A stretch of 38,822 nucleotides of DNA from Betaproteobacteria bacterium (GCA_027307095.1 DAHUXO010000146.1:1-38822); one strand, 5' to 3'. Counted from the stretch's first letter, positions 10,795 through 21,963 are shown. Notes: a model not told the origin generated them from the sequence alone. Program-made: numbers and translations.

Positions 10795-10798
<4 letters not shown>
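9710..10798 (-). CDS. dppF: Dipeptide/oligopeptide ABC transporter ATP-binding subunit (DppF/OppF-like)
   Basis: Walker A GESGCGKST, QMIFQDPYASLNPR, FSGGQRQRI, CDEPTSALDVS and the C-terminal GCTFHPRCP...CH. GTG at 10798 overlaps the dppD stop. Confidence 0.9.
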
Positions 10799-11781
<983 letters not shown>

Positions 11782-11786
11782 GCGGG

Positions 11787-12710
11787 TCAGCGCAGGCGCG
11801 GGTTCAGCGCGTCGCGCAGCCAGTCGCCCAGCAGGTTGATCGCGAGCACCATGATCACCAGCGCGAGCCCCGGGAACAGTGTCACCCACCACTCGCCCGA
11901 GAACATGAAATCGTTGCCGATGCGGATCAGCGTACCGAGCGACGGCTCCGTGGCGGGCACGCCGACCCCCAGGAACGAAAGTGTCGCCTCGGTGATGATC
12001 GCGGTCGCGATGTGGATCGTCGCGATGACCAGCACCGGTCCCAGCACGTTCGGCAGCACGTGGCGCGCCATGATCGCCAGCGGATGGATGCCGAACAGCC
12101 TCGCCGCCTGCACGTATTCCTTGTTCTTCTCGACCATCGTCGAGCCGCGCACCGTGCGCGCGTACTGCACCCAGCCCGAGACGCCGATCGACAGCACCAG
12201 CACCCAGAACGCCATCGAATCGTGTGCGCCCGGGAACACGGCCCGTGCGACGCCGTCGATCAGCAGCGCGATCAGAATCGCCGGAAACGAAAGCTGGACG
12301 TCCGCAACCCGCATGATGAACGCGTCGGTCTTGCCCCCGACGTAGCCCGCGAGGAGTCCCAGCGCGACCCCCAGGCCCATCGAGAACAGCACGGCGGCGA
12401 TGCCGACCTCGAGCGAGATCCGTGCCCCGAAGAAGATCGTCGACAGGATGTCCCGCCCCTGGTCGTCGGTGCCCAGCGGATACGACGGATCGCCTCCGGC
12501 GATCCACATCGGCGGCTTCAGCGAGTTCGAGAGGTCGAGCTGGGCGAGGTCGAACGGATTGTGCGGTGCGACCCAGGGGGCCAGCACCGCGGTGCCGACG
12601 CAGGCGGCGAACACGATCGCCGCAACCATCGCGTACGGCGAGTGGCGAAAGCTCCAGGCGAGGTCGCTGTCCCAGGAATCACGCAGCGCGTCGGCAAGGC
12701 GGCCTGCCAC
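11787..12710 (-). CDS. dppC: Peptide ABC transporter permease (DppC/OppC-like)
   Basis: LGTDDQGRDILS, EAA-type motif EYVQAARLFG, RHVLPN, EATLSFLG and NLLGDWLRDALNPR. Confidence 0.9.
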   Translation of the reverse strand: MAGRLADALRDSWDSDLAWSFRHSPYAMVAAIVFAACVGTAVLAPWVAPHNPFDLAQLDLSNSLKPPMWIAGGDPSYPLGTDDQGRDILSTIFFGARISLEVGIAAVLFSMGLGVALGLLAGYVGGKTDAFIMRVADVQLSFPAILIALLIDGVARAVFPGAHDSMAFWVLVLSIGVSGWVQYARTVRGSTMVEKNKEYVQAARLFGIHPLAIMARHVLPNVLGPVLVIATIHIATAIITEATLSFLGVGVPATEPSLGTLIRIGNDFMFSGEWWVTLFPGLALVIMVLAINLLGDWLRDALNPRLR

Positions 12711-12711
12711 G

Positions 12712-13698
12712 TCAGCGCCCCGCCGCGCCCGGGCGGTCGACGCGCAGCCGCGGATCGACGACGAAATAGAGGAGATCGACGATCAGGTTGATGACCACGA
12801 ACACCAGCGCGATCAGGCACAGGTACGCGGCCATCACCGGGATGTCGGCGTAGCTCACCGCCTGGACGAACAGCAGTCCCATGCCAGGCCACTGGAAAAC
12901 CTGCTCGGTAATGATCGAAAACGCGATGATCGAGCCGAGCTGCAGCCCGGTGATCGTGATCACGGGCACCAGCGTGTTCCGCAGCGCGTGGCCGAAGTTG
13001 ACCGCACGGTCGCTCAATCCGCGCGCCCGCGCGAACTTGATGTAGTCGGCGCGCAGCACCTCGAGCATCTCTGAGCGGACCAGCCGCATGATCAGCGTCA
13101 GCTGGAACAGCCCGAGGGTGATCGTGGGCATGATCAGCGACTCGAGCCCCGTGCGCGTAAGGAGCCCGGTCGACCAGCCGCCGAGGTGCACGACGTCACC
13201 GCGGCCGAACGCCGGCAGCCAGCCGAGCTTCACCGCGAACACCAGGATCAGCAGGATGCCGATCAGGAAGGTCGGGAGCGAAACGCCGACGAGCGAACCG
13301 GACATCGCGGTGCGCGCGAGCCACGAGTTCGGGCGCAGGCCCGCGTACACGCCGGCGGGAATGCCGACGGCCAGCGCGAGCAGCGCGGCGCAGATCGACA
13401 GCTCGAGCGTCGCCGGAAGCCGCTGCGCCAGCAGCACCGACACCGGCTTGCCGATGCGCAGCGACACCCCGAACTGGCCATGCAGCGCATTGACGACGAA
13501 GTGGAAGAACTGCACATAGAACGGCTGGTCGAGGCCGAGCTCGTGGGTGAGGCGGATCCGGTCGGCCGGGGTGGCGAACTGGCCCATCATCAGCTGCACC
13601 GGATCGCCGACATACTGGAACAGCGAGAACGCGACGAACGCGACGACGAGCATCACGACGATCGCCTGCAGCAGGCGACGAATGACGAAAGCGGTCAA
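12712..13698 (-). CDS. dppB: Peptide ABC transporter permease (DppB/OppB-like)
   Basis: FVIRRLLQ, LGLDQP, RLPATLEL, DYIKFARARGL, HALRN, FQWPGMG and DLLYFVVDPR. TTG start. Confidence 0.9.
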   Translation of the reverse strand: MTAFVIRRLLQAIVVMLVVAFVAFSLFQYVGDPVQLMMGQFATPADRIRLTHELGLDQPFYVQFFHFVVNALHGQFGVSLRIGKPVSVLLAQRLPATLELSICAALLALAVGIPAGVYAGLRPNSWLARTAMSGSLVGVSLPTFLIGILLILVFAVKLGWLPAFGRGDVVHLGGWSTGLLTRTGLESLIMPTITLGLFQLTLIMRLVRSEMLEVLRADYIKFARARGLSDRAVNFGHALRNTLVPVITITGLQLGSIIAFSIITEQVFQWPGMGLLFVQAVSYADIPVMAAYLCLIALVFVVINLIVDLLYFVVDPRLRVDRPGAAGR

Positions 13699-13705
13699 GG
13701 GAGGC

Positions 13706-13735
13706 AGGCGGGGGCGGTGCTCGCCGCCCCCGCCT
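13706..13735. promoter_or_regulatory. Intercistronic stem-loop between the binding-protein gene and the first permease
   Basis: AGGCGGGGGCGG (13706-13717), 6-nt loop, CCGCCCCCGCCT (13724-13735). No clear U-tract; resembles mRNA-stabilising hairpins of ABC operons. Confidence 0.6.
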
Positions 13736-13748
13736 TCGCGTCAGGCGA

Positions 13749-15326
13749 TCAGTTGACGTGGACCCACTGCATGCGCAGGCGGTTGTCCGCGCTGTGGGTC
13801 ACCACGATGTTCTTGCGCATCGCCCAGGGGATGATCTGCTGGTGCAGCATGATGTGGGCGACGTCCTGCGTATGCAGCATCAGCGCCTGATGGATCAGCG
13901 CGAGGCGCTTTGGGACGTCCGATTCGACCTTCATCCTGTCGATCAGGTCGTCCATCTTCGGGTTGCTGTACGAGCCGTCGTTGTACTCGCCATCGCCCTT
14001 GCCGTCGCGGGTGTGCACGAGGTTGATCAGCGCGTCCTGCGCGTCGAAGGTCGCCACGGCCCAGCCCAGCATGTAGAGGCTGGTATCGAGCTTGTTGATC
14101 TTGGCGAAATACTGCGCCTTGGGCATCGCGTCGAGCTTGACCTTGAGGCCGATCTTCGCCCACATCGACGTCAGCGCCTGGCAGATCAGCGCGTCGTTGA
14201 TGTAGCGGTCGTTCGGGCAGTCGAGCGTGACTTCGAAGCCGTTCGGGTAGCCTGCCTGCTTCAGGAGCACCTTGGCCTTCGCGACGCTGAAAGGCGGCCG
14301 CGTGTTGGCCGCGACGTCGTAGCCGTACACCTGAGGCGTGACCAGCTCGCCGGTCGGGATCGAAAGGCCGCGCATCAGCGTGCGCTTGATCGCCTCGATG
14401 TCGATCGCCTCGTACATCGCCTGGCGCACGCGCAGGTCCTTGAACGGATTCTTGCCCTTGACATTGGAGTACAGCAGCTCGTCGCGCTTCTGGTCCATGC
14501 CGATGAACACGGTGCGGCTCTCGGTGCCCTCGATGACCTTGATGTTCGGGTCGGACTTGAGCTTGGGCAGGTCCTGCAGCGGCGGATCGAGCACGAAATC
14601 GATTTCGCCGGAGAGCAGCGCCGCGGTGCGGGTGGCCGCCGACTTGATCGGCGTGTAGACGATCTCGGTGACGTTGCCTTCGAGCTTGCCCCACCAATGG
14701 GGGTTGGCCTCCAGCACTGTCTTCACGTCGGGCTCGCGCGACTTGAGGATGTAGGGTCCGGTGCCGTCGGCGTGGCTGACGGCGTAGGTCTCCTCCTTCG
14801 CCACGTAATCCTGCACATCGACGACGTTGTGCTTCTCGCACCACGACTTGCTCATGATCCGCACGTCGGTCAGCTGGCGCAGCAGCACCGGCACCGGCCC
14901 GTCGGTGATGAGATCGACGGTCAGGTCGTCGACCTTCTTCGCATCGACGACGCCTACGAGGTAGGCCTTGGTCATCGAGCGCTTCGAGAGCTGGCGATGG
15001 ACCGAGAACACGACGTCGTCGGCGGTGAACGGCTCGCCTTCCTGGAACTTCACGTTCGGCCGCAGGTGGAAACGCCACTGCGTCGGGCCGAGCTGCTCCC
15101 ATTTGACCGCGAGCTGCGGGACCACGTTGAACTTCTTGTCGTACTGGACCAGCGATTCGTACACGTAAGCGTTGAACGTGTTGTTGAAGCTCTCGTTCTG
15201 GGCATACGGATCGAAGGTCAGGATGTCACCCTGGCTCGCCCAGCGGAACGTCTTCGCGTAACCCGGCGCGGCGACCAGCATCGCCGCCAACAGCGCCGAA
15301 ATGCACAGACTCACTCCCTTGCGCAT
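13749..15326 (-). CDS. dppA: Peptide ABC transporter substrate-binding protein (family 5, DppA-like)
   Basis: Signal peptide MRKGVSLCISALLAAMLVAAPGYA, VYESLV, FHLRPNVKFQEGEPFTADDVVFS, GTGPY, NPFKDLRVRQA and CPNDRY. SD GGGAGAG. Confidence 0.92.
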   Translation of the reverse strand: MRKGVSLCISALLAAMLVAAPGYAKTFRWASQGDILTFDPYAQNESFNNTFNAYVYESLVQYDKKFNVVPQLAVKWEQLGPTQWRFHLRPNVKFQEGEPFTADDVVFSVHRQLSKRSMTKAYLVGVVDAKKVDDLTVDLITDGPVPVLLRQLTDVRIMSKSWCEKHNVVDVQDYVAKEETYAVSHADGTGPYILKSREPDVKTVLEANPHWWGKLEGNVTEIVYTPIKSAATRTAALLSGEIDFVLDPPLQDLPKLKSDPNIKVIEGTESRTVFIGMDQKRDELLYSNVKGKNPFKDLRVRQAMYEAIDIEAIKRTLMRGLSIPTGELVTPQVYGYDVAANTRPPFSVAKAKVLLKQAGYPNGFEVTLDCPNDRYINDALICQALTSMWAKIGLKVKLDAMPKAQYFAKINKLDTSLYMLGWAVATFDAQDALINLVHTRDGKGDGEYNDGSYSNPKMDDLIDRMKVESDVPKRLALIHQALMLHTQDVAHIMLHQQIIPWAMRKNIVVTHSADNRLRMQWVHVN

Positions 15327-15379
15327 GGATTCTCTCCCTGTTTGGCCGAATGGGTGACCGCGTGGCCCTGTCGCCAAGC

Positions 15380-15408
15380 ATGATGGCGAACCTGGATCGC
15401 AGCGTCAA
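15380..15408 (-). promoter_or_regulatory. Putative sigma70 promoter of the peptide ABC operon
   Basis: TTGACG (15403-15408), 17 nt, CATCAT (15380-15385). Confidence 0.5.
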
Positions 15409-15447
15409 TGCGCGCCCGCACGCACGCCCAGGCGACGGGGGCAATGC

Positions 15448-16398
15448 CTACGCCGGCGCGACGGCGCGACGGGCCGCGTCGAGCGCGCGCTCGACGCGCG
15501 CCGCCGCCGTCGCCTCGACGTCGCCGGCGAAACAGTCGATCGTCTCCAGATCCATGCTGCGCAACCAGGTCAGCTGCCGTCGGGCGAGCTGCCGGGTCGC
15601 GGCAATCCCCCGCTCGCGCAGGCGGTGCGGCTCTCCGCCGCATTCGAGGTACTCCAGCGCCTGCCGGTAGCCGACGCAGCGCATCGACGGCATCGCCGGA
15701 TCCAACCGGTATCGCTCACGCAGCAAGCGGAGCTCGTCGACCAGGCCCCGCTCGAGCATCGCGTCGAAGCGCGCGGCGATGATCCGGTGCAGGCGCGCCC
15801 GGTCCCCCGGCAACAGCGCGACGACCACCGTCGCGCCGAGGGCAACCGCCGGGGCGCGGACGCCCTGCAGCGAGGAGAGCGGCCTGCCGGTCAGCGCATG
15901 CACTTCGAGCGCCCGCTGGATGCGCTGGGAGTCGGTCGGCGCGAGACGCGCGGCGGACGCCGGATCGCCGCGCGCCAGCTCGGCATGCAGCGCCGGCCAA
16001 CCCAGCTGCGCCGCGCGGACATCCAGCGCCGCCCGCAGGACCGGATCGGCTGGCGGCAGGGCGCTCAGGCCTTCGGTCAGCGCCTTGAAATAGAGCATCG
16101 TTCCGCCAGCCACGATCGGGACACGGCCCCGCGCGCGTATCGCGCCGACGGCCGCGATCGCGTCGCGGTGGAACCTCGCCGCCGAGTAGGCCTCGGTCGG
16201 TTCGATCAGGTCGAGCAGGTGATGGGGAACCTCGGCGCGGGCTGCCGCGTCGGGCTTCGCCGTGCCGATGTCCATGCCGCGATAGACTTGCGCCGAGTCG
16301 GCAGTGACGATCTCGCCGCCCAAACGCCGCGCCAGCGCATGCGCGAGCGCCGACTTGCCCGACGCGGTCGGACCCATCAGCAGCACCACCGGGGTCAC
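15448..16398 (-). CDS. miaA: tRNA (adenosine(37)-N6)-dimethylallyltransferase
   Basis: LMGPTASGKS, DSAQVYRGMDIGTAKP, HHLLD, GGTMLY, QRIQRALEV, VGYRQ and TRQLARRQLTW. Downstream of mutL; SD GGGAGG. Confidence 0.97.
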   Translation of the reverse strand: MTPVVLLMGPTASGKSALAHALARRLGGEIVTADSAQVYRGMDIGTAKPDAAARAEVPHHLLDLIEPTEAYSAARFHRDAIAAVGAIRARGRVPIVAGGTMLYFKALTEGLSALPPADPVLRAALDVRAAQLGWPALHAELARGDPASAARLAPTDSQRIQRALEVHALTGRPLSSLQGVRAPAVALGATVVVALLPGDRARLHRIIAARFDAMLERGLVDELRLLRERYRLDPAMPSMRCVGYRQALEYLECGGEPHRLRERGIAATRQLARRQLTWLRSMDLETIDCFAGDVEATAAARVERALDAARRAVAPA

Positions 16399-16512
16399 GG
16401 ACGCCTCCCGCTGACCGTCACGCGGATCGCCCTGGCCGCGCGAAATGCCATCCCGGCGCGAATTGTCATTCCGGCCTCGGACCGTCGCCGGACCTGCGGC
16501 GTCCCCGGCACG

Positions 16513-18393
16513 TCAGCGCCCCCGCATGAACAGCCGGTCGAGGTCCGCGAGCGAGAGCTGAAACCACGTCGGGCGCCCGTGGTTGCACTGTCCCGCGCGC
16601 TCCGTCGCCTCCATGTCCCGCAACAGGGCGTTCATCTCGGCGATGGTCAGGCTGCGGTTGGCGCGAACCGCACCGTGACAGGCCATCGTCGACAACAGCT
16701 CGTCGCGGCGCGCGTCGAGCGCGCGCGATCCCCCGAACTCGCGGATGTCGTGCAGGACCGCGCGGGCGAGTGCGACGGCGTCCGCGTCCTGCAGGGGCGC
16801 CGGTATGCCTCGCACGGCGAGCGTCGTGGGACCCATCGGCGAAACGTCGAAACCCAGCGCTCCGAGGGCGTGCGCGTACTCGGTAGCGGCCACGATCTCG
16901 AGCGGATCGGCGGAGAACGCCGCCGGCACCAGCAGCGGCTGCACCGGCACGCGCCCGACGAAGGCTGCCTTCAGGCCTTCGTACACGATGCGCTCGTGTG
17001 CGGCGTGCATGTCGACGAGGACCAGGCCCGCGCGGTTCTGCGCGAGGATGTAGACGCCGTGCAGTTGCGCGAGCGCGAATCCCAGCGGATGCGGATCCTC
17101 GCCGTCCTCGGGCCCGGCGACGGCGGCATCCTCCGCGCCCGCCGGCACTCCCGCTCCCGCCCCGGCACCACCGGCACCCGTTTCCTGGAATGCCGACCCA
17201 GCCCCGCCGCGCAGCCCGAACAGCCGCCGGTAGAACACCGCCGGCTCGCCGGCGCCGAACGGCAAGCCCGGTTGCGGCCAGGCGCGACCCGGTGCGCCGG
17301 TCTGCGCCGCGGGGCCCGCTTCCGCCCCCGCGTCCGGCACTCGCGGCGGCAGGCGCGCTGCAGCGAGCCCGAGGCGCTCCGCGGCGGACACCGCGGGCTG
17401 CTCGGCGGCCGTCGACGCAAGCGCGCGCTCGACCGCATGGCGGACGAACTGGTGGATCGCGCCGGAGTCGCGAAAACGCACTTCGGTCTTCTGCGGGTGC
17501 ACGTTGACGTCGACGCGCCGCGGATCGAGCGTCAGCCACAGCACGTAGGCCGGCTGCCGCTCGTGGTGCAGGACATCACGGTAGGCCTCGCGCAGCGCGT
17601 GCGCGAGCACGCGGTCGCGGACGAAGCGGCCGTTGACGAACACGTATTGCATCGGAGCGCCATCCGCGGCATAGGCGGGACGGACCGCGAAACCCGCAAT
17701 GCGGACCTCGCCGCCATCGGCATCGACGGGGGTCGCATGGACCGCGAAAGCGTCGCCCAGGAGCTCCTCGACGCGCGCGCGTCGCCCGGCCGCCTGCAGG
17801 CGTCGCGTCGCGCGCCCGTTGTGCGTCAGCGTGAATCCCGCCTCGCAGTGCGCAAGGGCGATGCGGCGAAACGCCTCGTCGCAATGCGCCCGTTCGGTTG
17901 CCTCGGTGCGCAGGAACTTGCGGCGCGCAGGCGTGTTGAAGAAGAGCTCCTCGAGCGTGACCGTGGTGCCGGCCGCGAGCGCCGCCGGGGTCACCGGCCC
18001 GATGCTGCCGCCCTCGACCTCGATGCGCCAGGCGTGCGGCTTCGACGCCGCGCGCGACGCGATCGACAATCGCGACACCGCCGCCATCGACGCCAGCGCC
18101 TCGCCGCGAAACCCCAACGTCGAGATGGCTTCGAGGTCCACCACGGTCGCGATCTTCGACGTCGCATGGCGACTGACGGCGGGCGTCAGGTCCTCGCGCT
18201 CGATCCCCGAACCGTTGTCGGCGACCCGGATCCGCTTGACGCCCCCGCCCGCGACGTCGACGTCGATCTGCGTCGCGCCGGCGTCGACCGCGTTCTCGAG
18301 CAGCTCCTTGAGCGCCGCCGCAGGGCGTTCGACGACCTCGCCCGCGGCGATCTGGTTGATCAGCAGATCGGACAGTGCGCGGATGGCGCCCAT
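16513..18393 (-). CDS. mutL: DNA mismatch repair endonuclease MutL
   Basis: NQIAAGEVVERP, KELLENAVDAG, DNGSGI, HATSKI, GFRGEALAS, VDVNVHPQKTEV, DMHAAHERI, MACHGAVR and CNHGRPT. Confidence 0.98.
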   Translation of the reverse strand: MGAIRALSDLLINQIAAGEVVERPAAALKELLENAVDAGATQIDVDVAGGGVKRIRVADNGSGIEREDLTPAVSRHATSKIATVVDLEAISTLGFRGEALASMAAVSRLSIASRAASKPHAWRIEVEGGSIGPVTPAALAAGTTVTLEELFFNTPARRKFLRTEATERAHCDEAFRRIALAHCEAGFTLTHNGRATRRLQAAGRRARVEELLGDAFAVHATPVDADGGEVRIAGFAVRPAYAADGAPMQYVFVNGRFVRDRVLAHALREAYRDVLHHERQPAYVLWLTLDPRRVDVNVHPQKTEVRFRDSGAIHQFVRHAVERALASTAAEQPAVSAAERLGLAAARLPPRVPDAGAEAGPAAQTGAPGRAWPQPGLPFGAGEPAVFYRRLFGLRGGAGSAFQETGAGGAGAGAGVPAGAEDAAVAGPEDGEDPHPLGFALAQLHGVYILAQNRAGLVLVDMHAAHERIVYEGLKAAFVGRVPVQPLLVPAAFSADPLEIVAATEYAHALGALGFDVSPMGPTTLAVRGIPAPLQDADAVALARAVLHDIREFGGSRALDARRDELLSTMACHGAVRANRSLTIAEMNALLRDMEATERAGQCNHGRPTWFQLSLADLDRLFMRGR

Positions 18394-18476
18394 GTCAGTG
18401 GCGCCCGGCCGCCCGTAGCCACTGACCGCCCCCTCCGGGGGCAGCGAGCGCAAGCGAGCGTGGGGGTCGTTTCATC
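18394..18476. repeat. Structured intergenic repeat-like element at the GATase-mutL junction
   Basis: Hairpin GTCAGTGGC/GCCACTGAC (18394-18426), hairpin GCCCCC-TCC-GGGGGC (18428-18442), and direct repeat AGCGAGCG x2 (18443-18450, 18453-18460). Confidence 0.55.
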
Positions 18477-19184
18477 TCAGTGGCGAAGCGCGCGTGCCCA
18501 GCGCGCGTAGACGACGTCGGCAACCGTCTGCAGCGCGGCGATCCGTGCATGCAGGTCGCGCAGGATCTCACCTCGCGGCTGCAGGGACGGCAGCGCGGGC
18601 GCCGCGATCTCGGCCGCGGCGATGTCGCACCAGGACTCGACCAGCGCGGGCGTCATCTCGACGTGGCACTGCAGGCCCAGGTGGATGTCCCCGATCACGT
18701 ATGCCTGGTTGGGATTGAACGCGTTGCTGAGCACGCGCGTCGCCCCGGGAGGGAGGTCAAAGACCTCGTAGTGCCACTGGAAAGCCGTGAAGGACTCGCG
18801 GCCGCCGAACCACTCGCGCCGCGACGCGGGTTCTGGCGCCTCGACCTCGATCCAGCCGACCTCCGGCGCCGCGGTGCGTCGCACGCGGGCGCCCAGCGCC
18901 TGCGCCAGCAACTGGCCGCCGAGGCAATGGCCGATCACGGGGACATCCTGCGCGACGGCGCTGCGAAGCAGGCGCGACAGCCGCTCGATCCACGGCAGCG
19001 GATCGGTCGCGCTCATCGGCCCGCCCATCATGCCGATACCGGAGTACGCGAGCGGATCCACCGGCACCGGAACTCCTTCGTCGACGGCGATCAGCCGCCA
19101 GTCGACGGCATGCCGGTCGAGCCAGTCCGCGAAGTAGGCGGGACCCTCCGACGCTGAGAAGCGGAAGACGGCGACCGGCTTCAT
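18477..19184 (-). CDS. Class I glutamine amidotransferase-like protein (stand-alone, GMP-synthase-like domain)
   Basis: GGPMS, nucleophile elbow GHCLGGQLLA, EVGW, FQWH and QCHVE, giving a Cys-His-Glu triad. Confidence 0.9.
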   Translation of the reverse strand: MKPVAVFRFSASEGPAYFADWLDRHAVDWRLIAVDEGVPVPVDPLAYSGIGMMGGPMSATDPLPWIERLSRLLRSAVAQDVPVIGHCLGGQLLAQALGARVRRTAAPEVGWIEVEAPEPASRREWFGGRESFTAFQWHYEVFDLPPGATRVLSNAFNPNQAYVIGDIHLGLQCHVEMTPALVESWCDIAAAEIAAPALPSLQPRGEILRDLHARIAALQTVADVVYARWARALRH

Positions 19185-19214
19185 CGAACACCCGAAGCGG
19201 GCAATCCAGCCGCG

Positions 19215-20033
19215 CTAGAAGCCGCGCGAGATGCGCGCGTAGGCAGAATGGTTGTGGATCGACTCGAAGTTCTCGGCCTCGACCGCGTACGCACCGATGC
19301 GGACGTCGGCTGCGAGCCGCAACGCAACCCCGCGCACCAGGTCCTCGACAAAACGCGGATTGTCGTAGGCGCGCTCGGTCACGTATTTCTCGTCGGCACG
19401 CTTAAGTATGCCGTAGAGCTCCGACGACGCCTCGTCCTCGCCGACACGCAGCAGCTCGGCGACGGACACCGGCTCGCGTGGCTGCACGATGATCGTGACC
19501 AGCGAACGCTGGTTGTGAGCGCCGTAGTCGGAAATCTCCTTCGAGCATGGGCAAAGCGACGTCACCGGCACCGAAACGCTGATCGTCGACGCGTAGCGCC
19601 CTTCCAACAGCTCGGCGGTCAGGCGCAGGTCGTAGTCGAGCAGGCTCGCGACCCCCGAGATCGGCGCGACCTTGCGCAGGAAATACGGAAACGCGAGCTC
19701 GATGCGACCGCCAGGCGCATCGAGGCGCTCGACCAGATCCTCGACGAATCCGCGCAGGCCCGCGACGGAGAGCGGCGTCGCGCCCGGCAATGCGCGCTCC
19801 TCGAGCAACTCGACCAGCCTCGACATATGCGTGCCCTTGCGGTCCTCGGGCAGGGCGACGTAGACGTTGCAGGTCGCGACGATCGTGCGCACGGCGCCGT
19901 CGCCGTCGGCGAATGGCAGCGGGTAGCGCAGGCCCTTGATTCCGACCTGGTCGATCGCGATGCGCCGCTCGTCGCGGCCCGATTGGACATCGGGGATCGG
20001 CATCAGCCGGCTGGGAGTTTCGGGTCGGTTCAT
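19215..20033 (-). CDS. folE2: GTP cyclohydrolase type IB
   Basis: IPDVQS, IDQVGIKGLRYP, KGTHMSRL, TSLCPCSKEIS, GAHNQRS, AYDNPRFVED and ESIHNHSAYA. Follows dxs. Confidence 0.96.
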   Translation of the reverse strand: MNRPETPSRLMPIPDVQSGRDERRIAIDQVGIKGLRYPLPFADGDGAVRTIVATCNVYVALPEDRKGTHMSRLVELLEERALPGATPLSVAGLRGFVEDLVERLDAPGGRIELAFPYFLRKVAPISGVASLLDYDLRLTAELLEGRYASTISVSVPVTSLCPCSKEISDYGAHNQRSLVTIIVQPREPVSVAELLRVGEDEASSELYGILKRADEKYVTERAYDNPRFVEDLVRGVALRLAADVRIGAYAVEAENFESIHNHSAYARISRGF

Positions 20034-20064
20034 AAGCCCAAGTTTGCCATATGGCCGGCGGGCC

Positions 20065-21963
20065 TCAGGCCGCGGGCTTTGCCCACGCACCGGGCTTGCG
20101 CTGCGCGAAGCGGGCATGGATCGACGCCGCGATGCCCTTGGCATCGAGCCCGACGTGCGCCAGGAGGAATGCGGGGTCGCCATGGTCGATGAAGCTGTCG
20201 GGCAGGCCCAGGTGCAGCATCGGGACGAGCACGCCCTCGCTGGCGAGGAACTCGGCAACGGCGCTGCCCGCGCCACCGGCGACGACGTTCTCCTCGACCG
20301 TCACCAGCGCGTCGTGCTCCTCGGCGAGCGCGCGCACCAGTTCCGTGTCGAGCGGCTTGACGAAGCGCATGTTCGCCACGGTAGCATCCAGCTCCTCGGC
20401 CGCGGCCAGCGCCGGATAGAGGAGCGAGCCGAAAGCCAGGATCGCGATGCGGTGGCTGCGCCGCCGCGCCTGGCGTCGCATCTCGCCCTTGCCCACCGGC
20501 AGCGGCACGAGCGCCGGGTCGACCGCCACGCCGGGCCCGGTCCCGCGCGGATAGCGCACCGCGGCGGGCGTGTCCATCCGGAACGCCGTCGTCAGCAGCC
20601 GCCGGCATTCGTTCTCGTCGGCGGGCGCCATCACCGTCGTATTCGGCAGGCAGCGCAGGTAGGTCAAGTCGAAGGCGCCGAGGTGCGTCGGACCGTCCGC
20701 GCCGACGATCCCGGCGCGGTCGATCGCGAACATCACCGGGAGGTTCTGCAGCACGACGTCGTGGATCAGCTGGTCGTAGGCGCGCTGCAGGAACGTCGAG
20801 TAGATGGCGACGACCGGCTTCATGCCTTCGCAGGCGAGCCCCGCCGCGAACGTCACCGCGTGCTGCTCGGCGATGCCGACGTCGAAATAGCGCTCCGGGA
20901 ACTGCTGCGAGAACTCGACCAGTCCCGAGCCCTCGCGCATCGCGGGGGTGATGCCGACGAGGCGCCGGTCGGCGTGCGCCATGTCACAGAGCCAGTCACC
21001 GAAGACCTTCGTGTACGTCGGCGCGCCGCCGGTCTTCGGAACGATGCCGATCGCCGGATCGAACTTCGACACGCCGTGGTAGAGAATCGGGTCCTCCTCG
21101 GCGCGCGCGTAGCCGTAGCCCTTGCGCGTGACTACGTGCAGGAACTGCGGTCCCTTGAGCTTGCGGACGTTCGCCAGCGTCCTCGTCAGGAGCTCGATAT
21201 CGTGGCCGTCGATCGGGCCGATGTAGTTGAAGCCGAATTCCTCGAACAGCGTGCCCGGGAGCACCATGCCCTTGACGTGCTCCTCGGCGCGCTTGGCGAG
21301 CTCGCGCACCGGCGGCAGCTTCGACAGCACCTCCTTGCCGCCGCTGCGAACCGTGTTGTAGAAGCGCGAGGCGAGCACCTTGGCGAGATACTGGTTGATC
21401 GCGCCGACCGGCTCCGAGATCGACATGTCGTTGTCGTTCAGGATCACCAGCAGGTCGGCGCCCTCGGCGTTGTTCAGCGCCTCGAACGCCATCCCCGCGC
21501 TCATCGCGCCGTCGCCGATCACCGCCACGACGTGGCGCGAATCCCCGCTCAACCTCGCCGCCGTCGCCATTCCGAGCGCGGCGGAGATCGACGTCGACGA
21601 ATGCGCGGTGCCGAAAGTGTCGTATTCGCTCTCGCTGCGCCGCGGAAATCCGGCGGGGCCACCCCACTGGCGCAGCTTGTCCATCTGCCCGCGCCGACCG
21701 GTCAGTATCTTGTGCGCGTATGTCTGGTGGCCGACGTCCCACACGATGCGGTCGCGCGGCGTGTCGAAGGTGTAATGCAGCGCGACCGTCAGCTCGACGG
21801 TGCCGAGGTTCGACGACAGGTGACCGCCGGTGCGCGCCACCGACTGCAGCAGGAACGCGCGCAGCTCACGCACCAGCTGCGGCAGCTGCGCGCGTTCGAG
21901 CCGGCGCAGATCAGCCGGCGCGTCGATCGTCGTGAGCAGCGGGTAGGGCTCCGACACGCTCAT
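20065..21963 (-). CDS. dxs: 1-deoxy-D-xylulose-5-phosphate synthase
   Basis: [37 protein letters not shown]...[21 protein letters not shown] and DGPTH. ATG overlaps the ispA stop. Confidence 0.98.
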   Translation of the reverse strand: MSVSEPYPLLTTIDAPADLRRLERAQLPQLVRELRAFLLQSVARTGGHLSSNLGTVELTVALHYTFDTPRDRIVWDVGHQTYAHKILTGRRGQMDKLRQWGGPAGFPRRSESEYDTFGTAHSSTSISAALGMATAARLSGDSRHVVAVIGDGAMSAGMAFEALNNAEGADLLVILNDNDMSISEPVGAINQYLAKVLASRFYNTVRSGGKEVLSKLPPVRELAKRAEEHVKGMVLPGTLFEEFGFNYIGPIDGHDIELLTRTLANVRKLKGPQFLHVVTRKGYGYARAEEDPILYHGVSKFDPAIGIVPKTGGAPTYTKVFGDWLCDMAHADRRLVGITPAMREGSGLVEFSQQFPERYFDVGIAEQHAVTFAAGLACEGMKPVVAIYSTFLQRAYDQLIHDVVLQNLPVMFAIDRAGIVGADGPTHLGAFDLTYLRCLPNTTVMAPADENECRRLLTTAFRMDTPAAVRYPRGTGPGVAVDPALVPLPVGKGEMRRQARRRSHRIAILAFGSLLYPALAAAEELDATVANMRFVKPLDTELVRALAEEHDALVTVEENVVAGGAGSAVAEFLASEGVLVPMLHLGLPDSFIDHGDPAFLLAHVGLDAKGIAASIHARFAQRKPGAWAKPAA

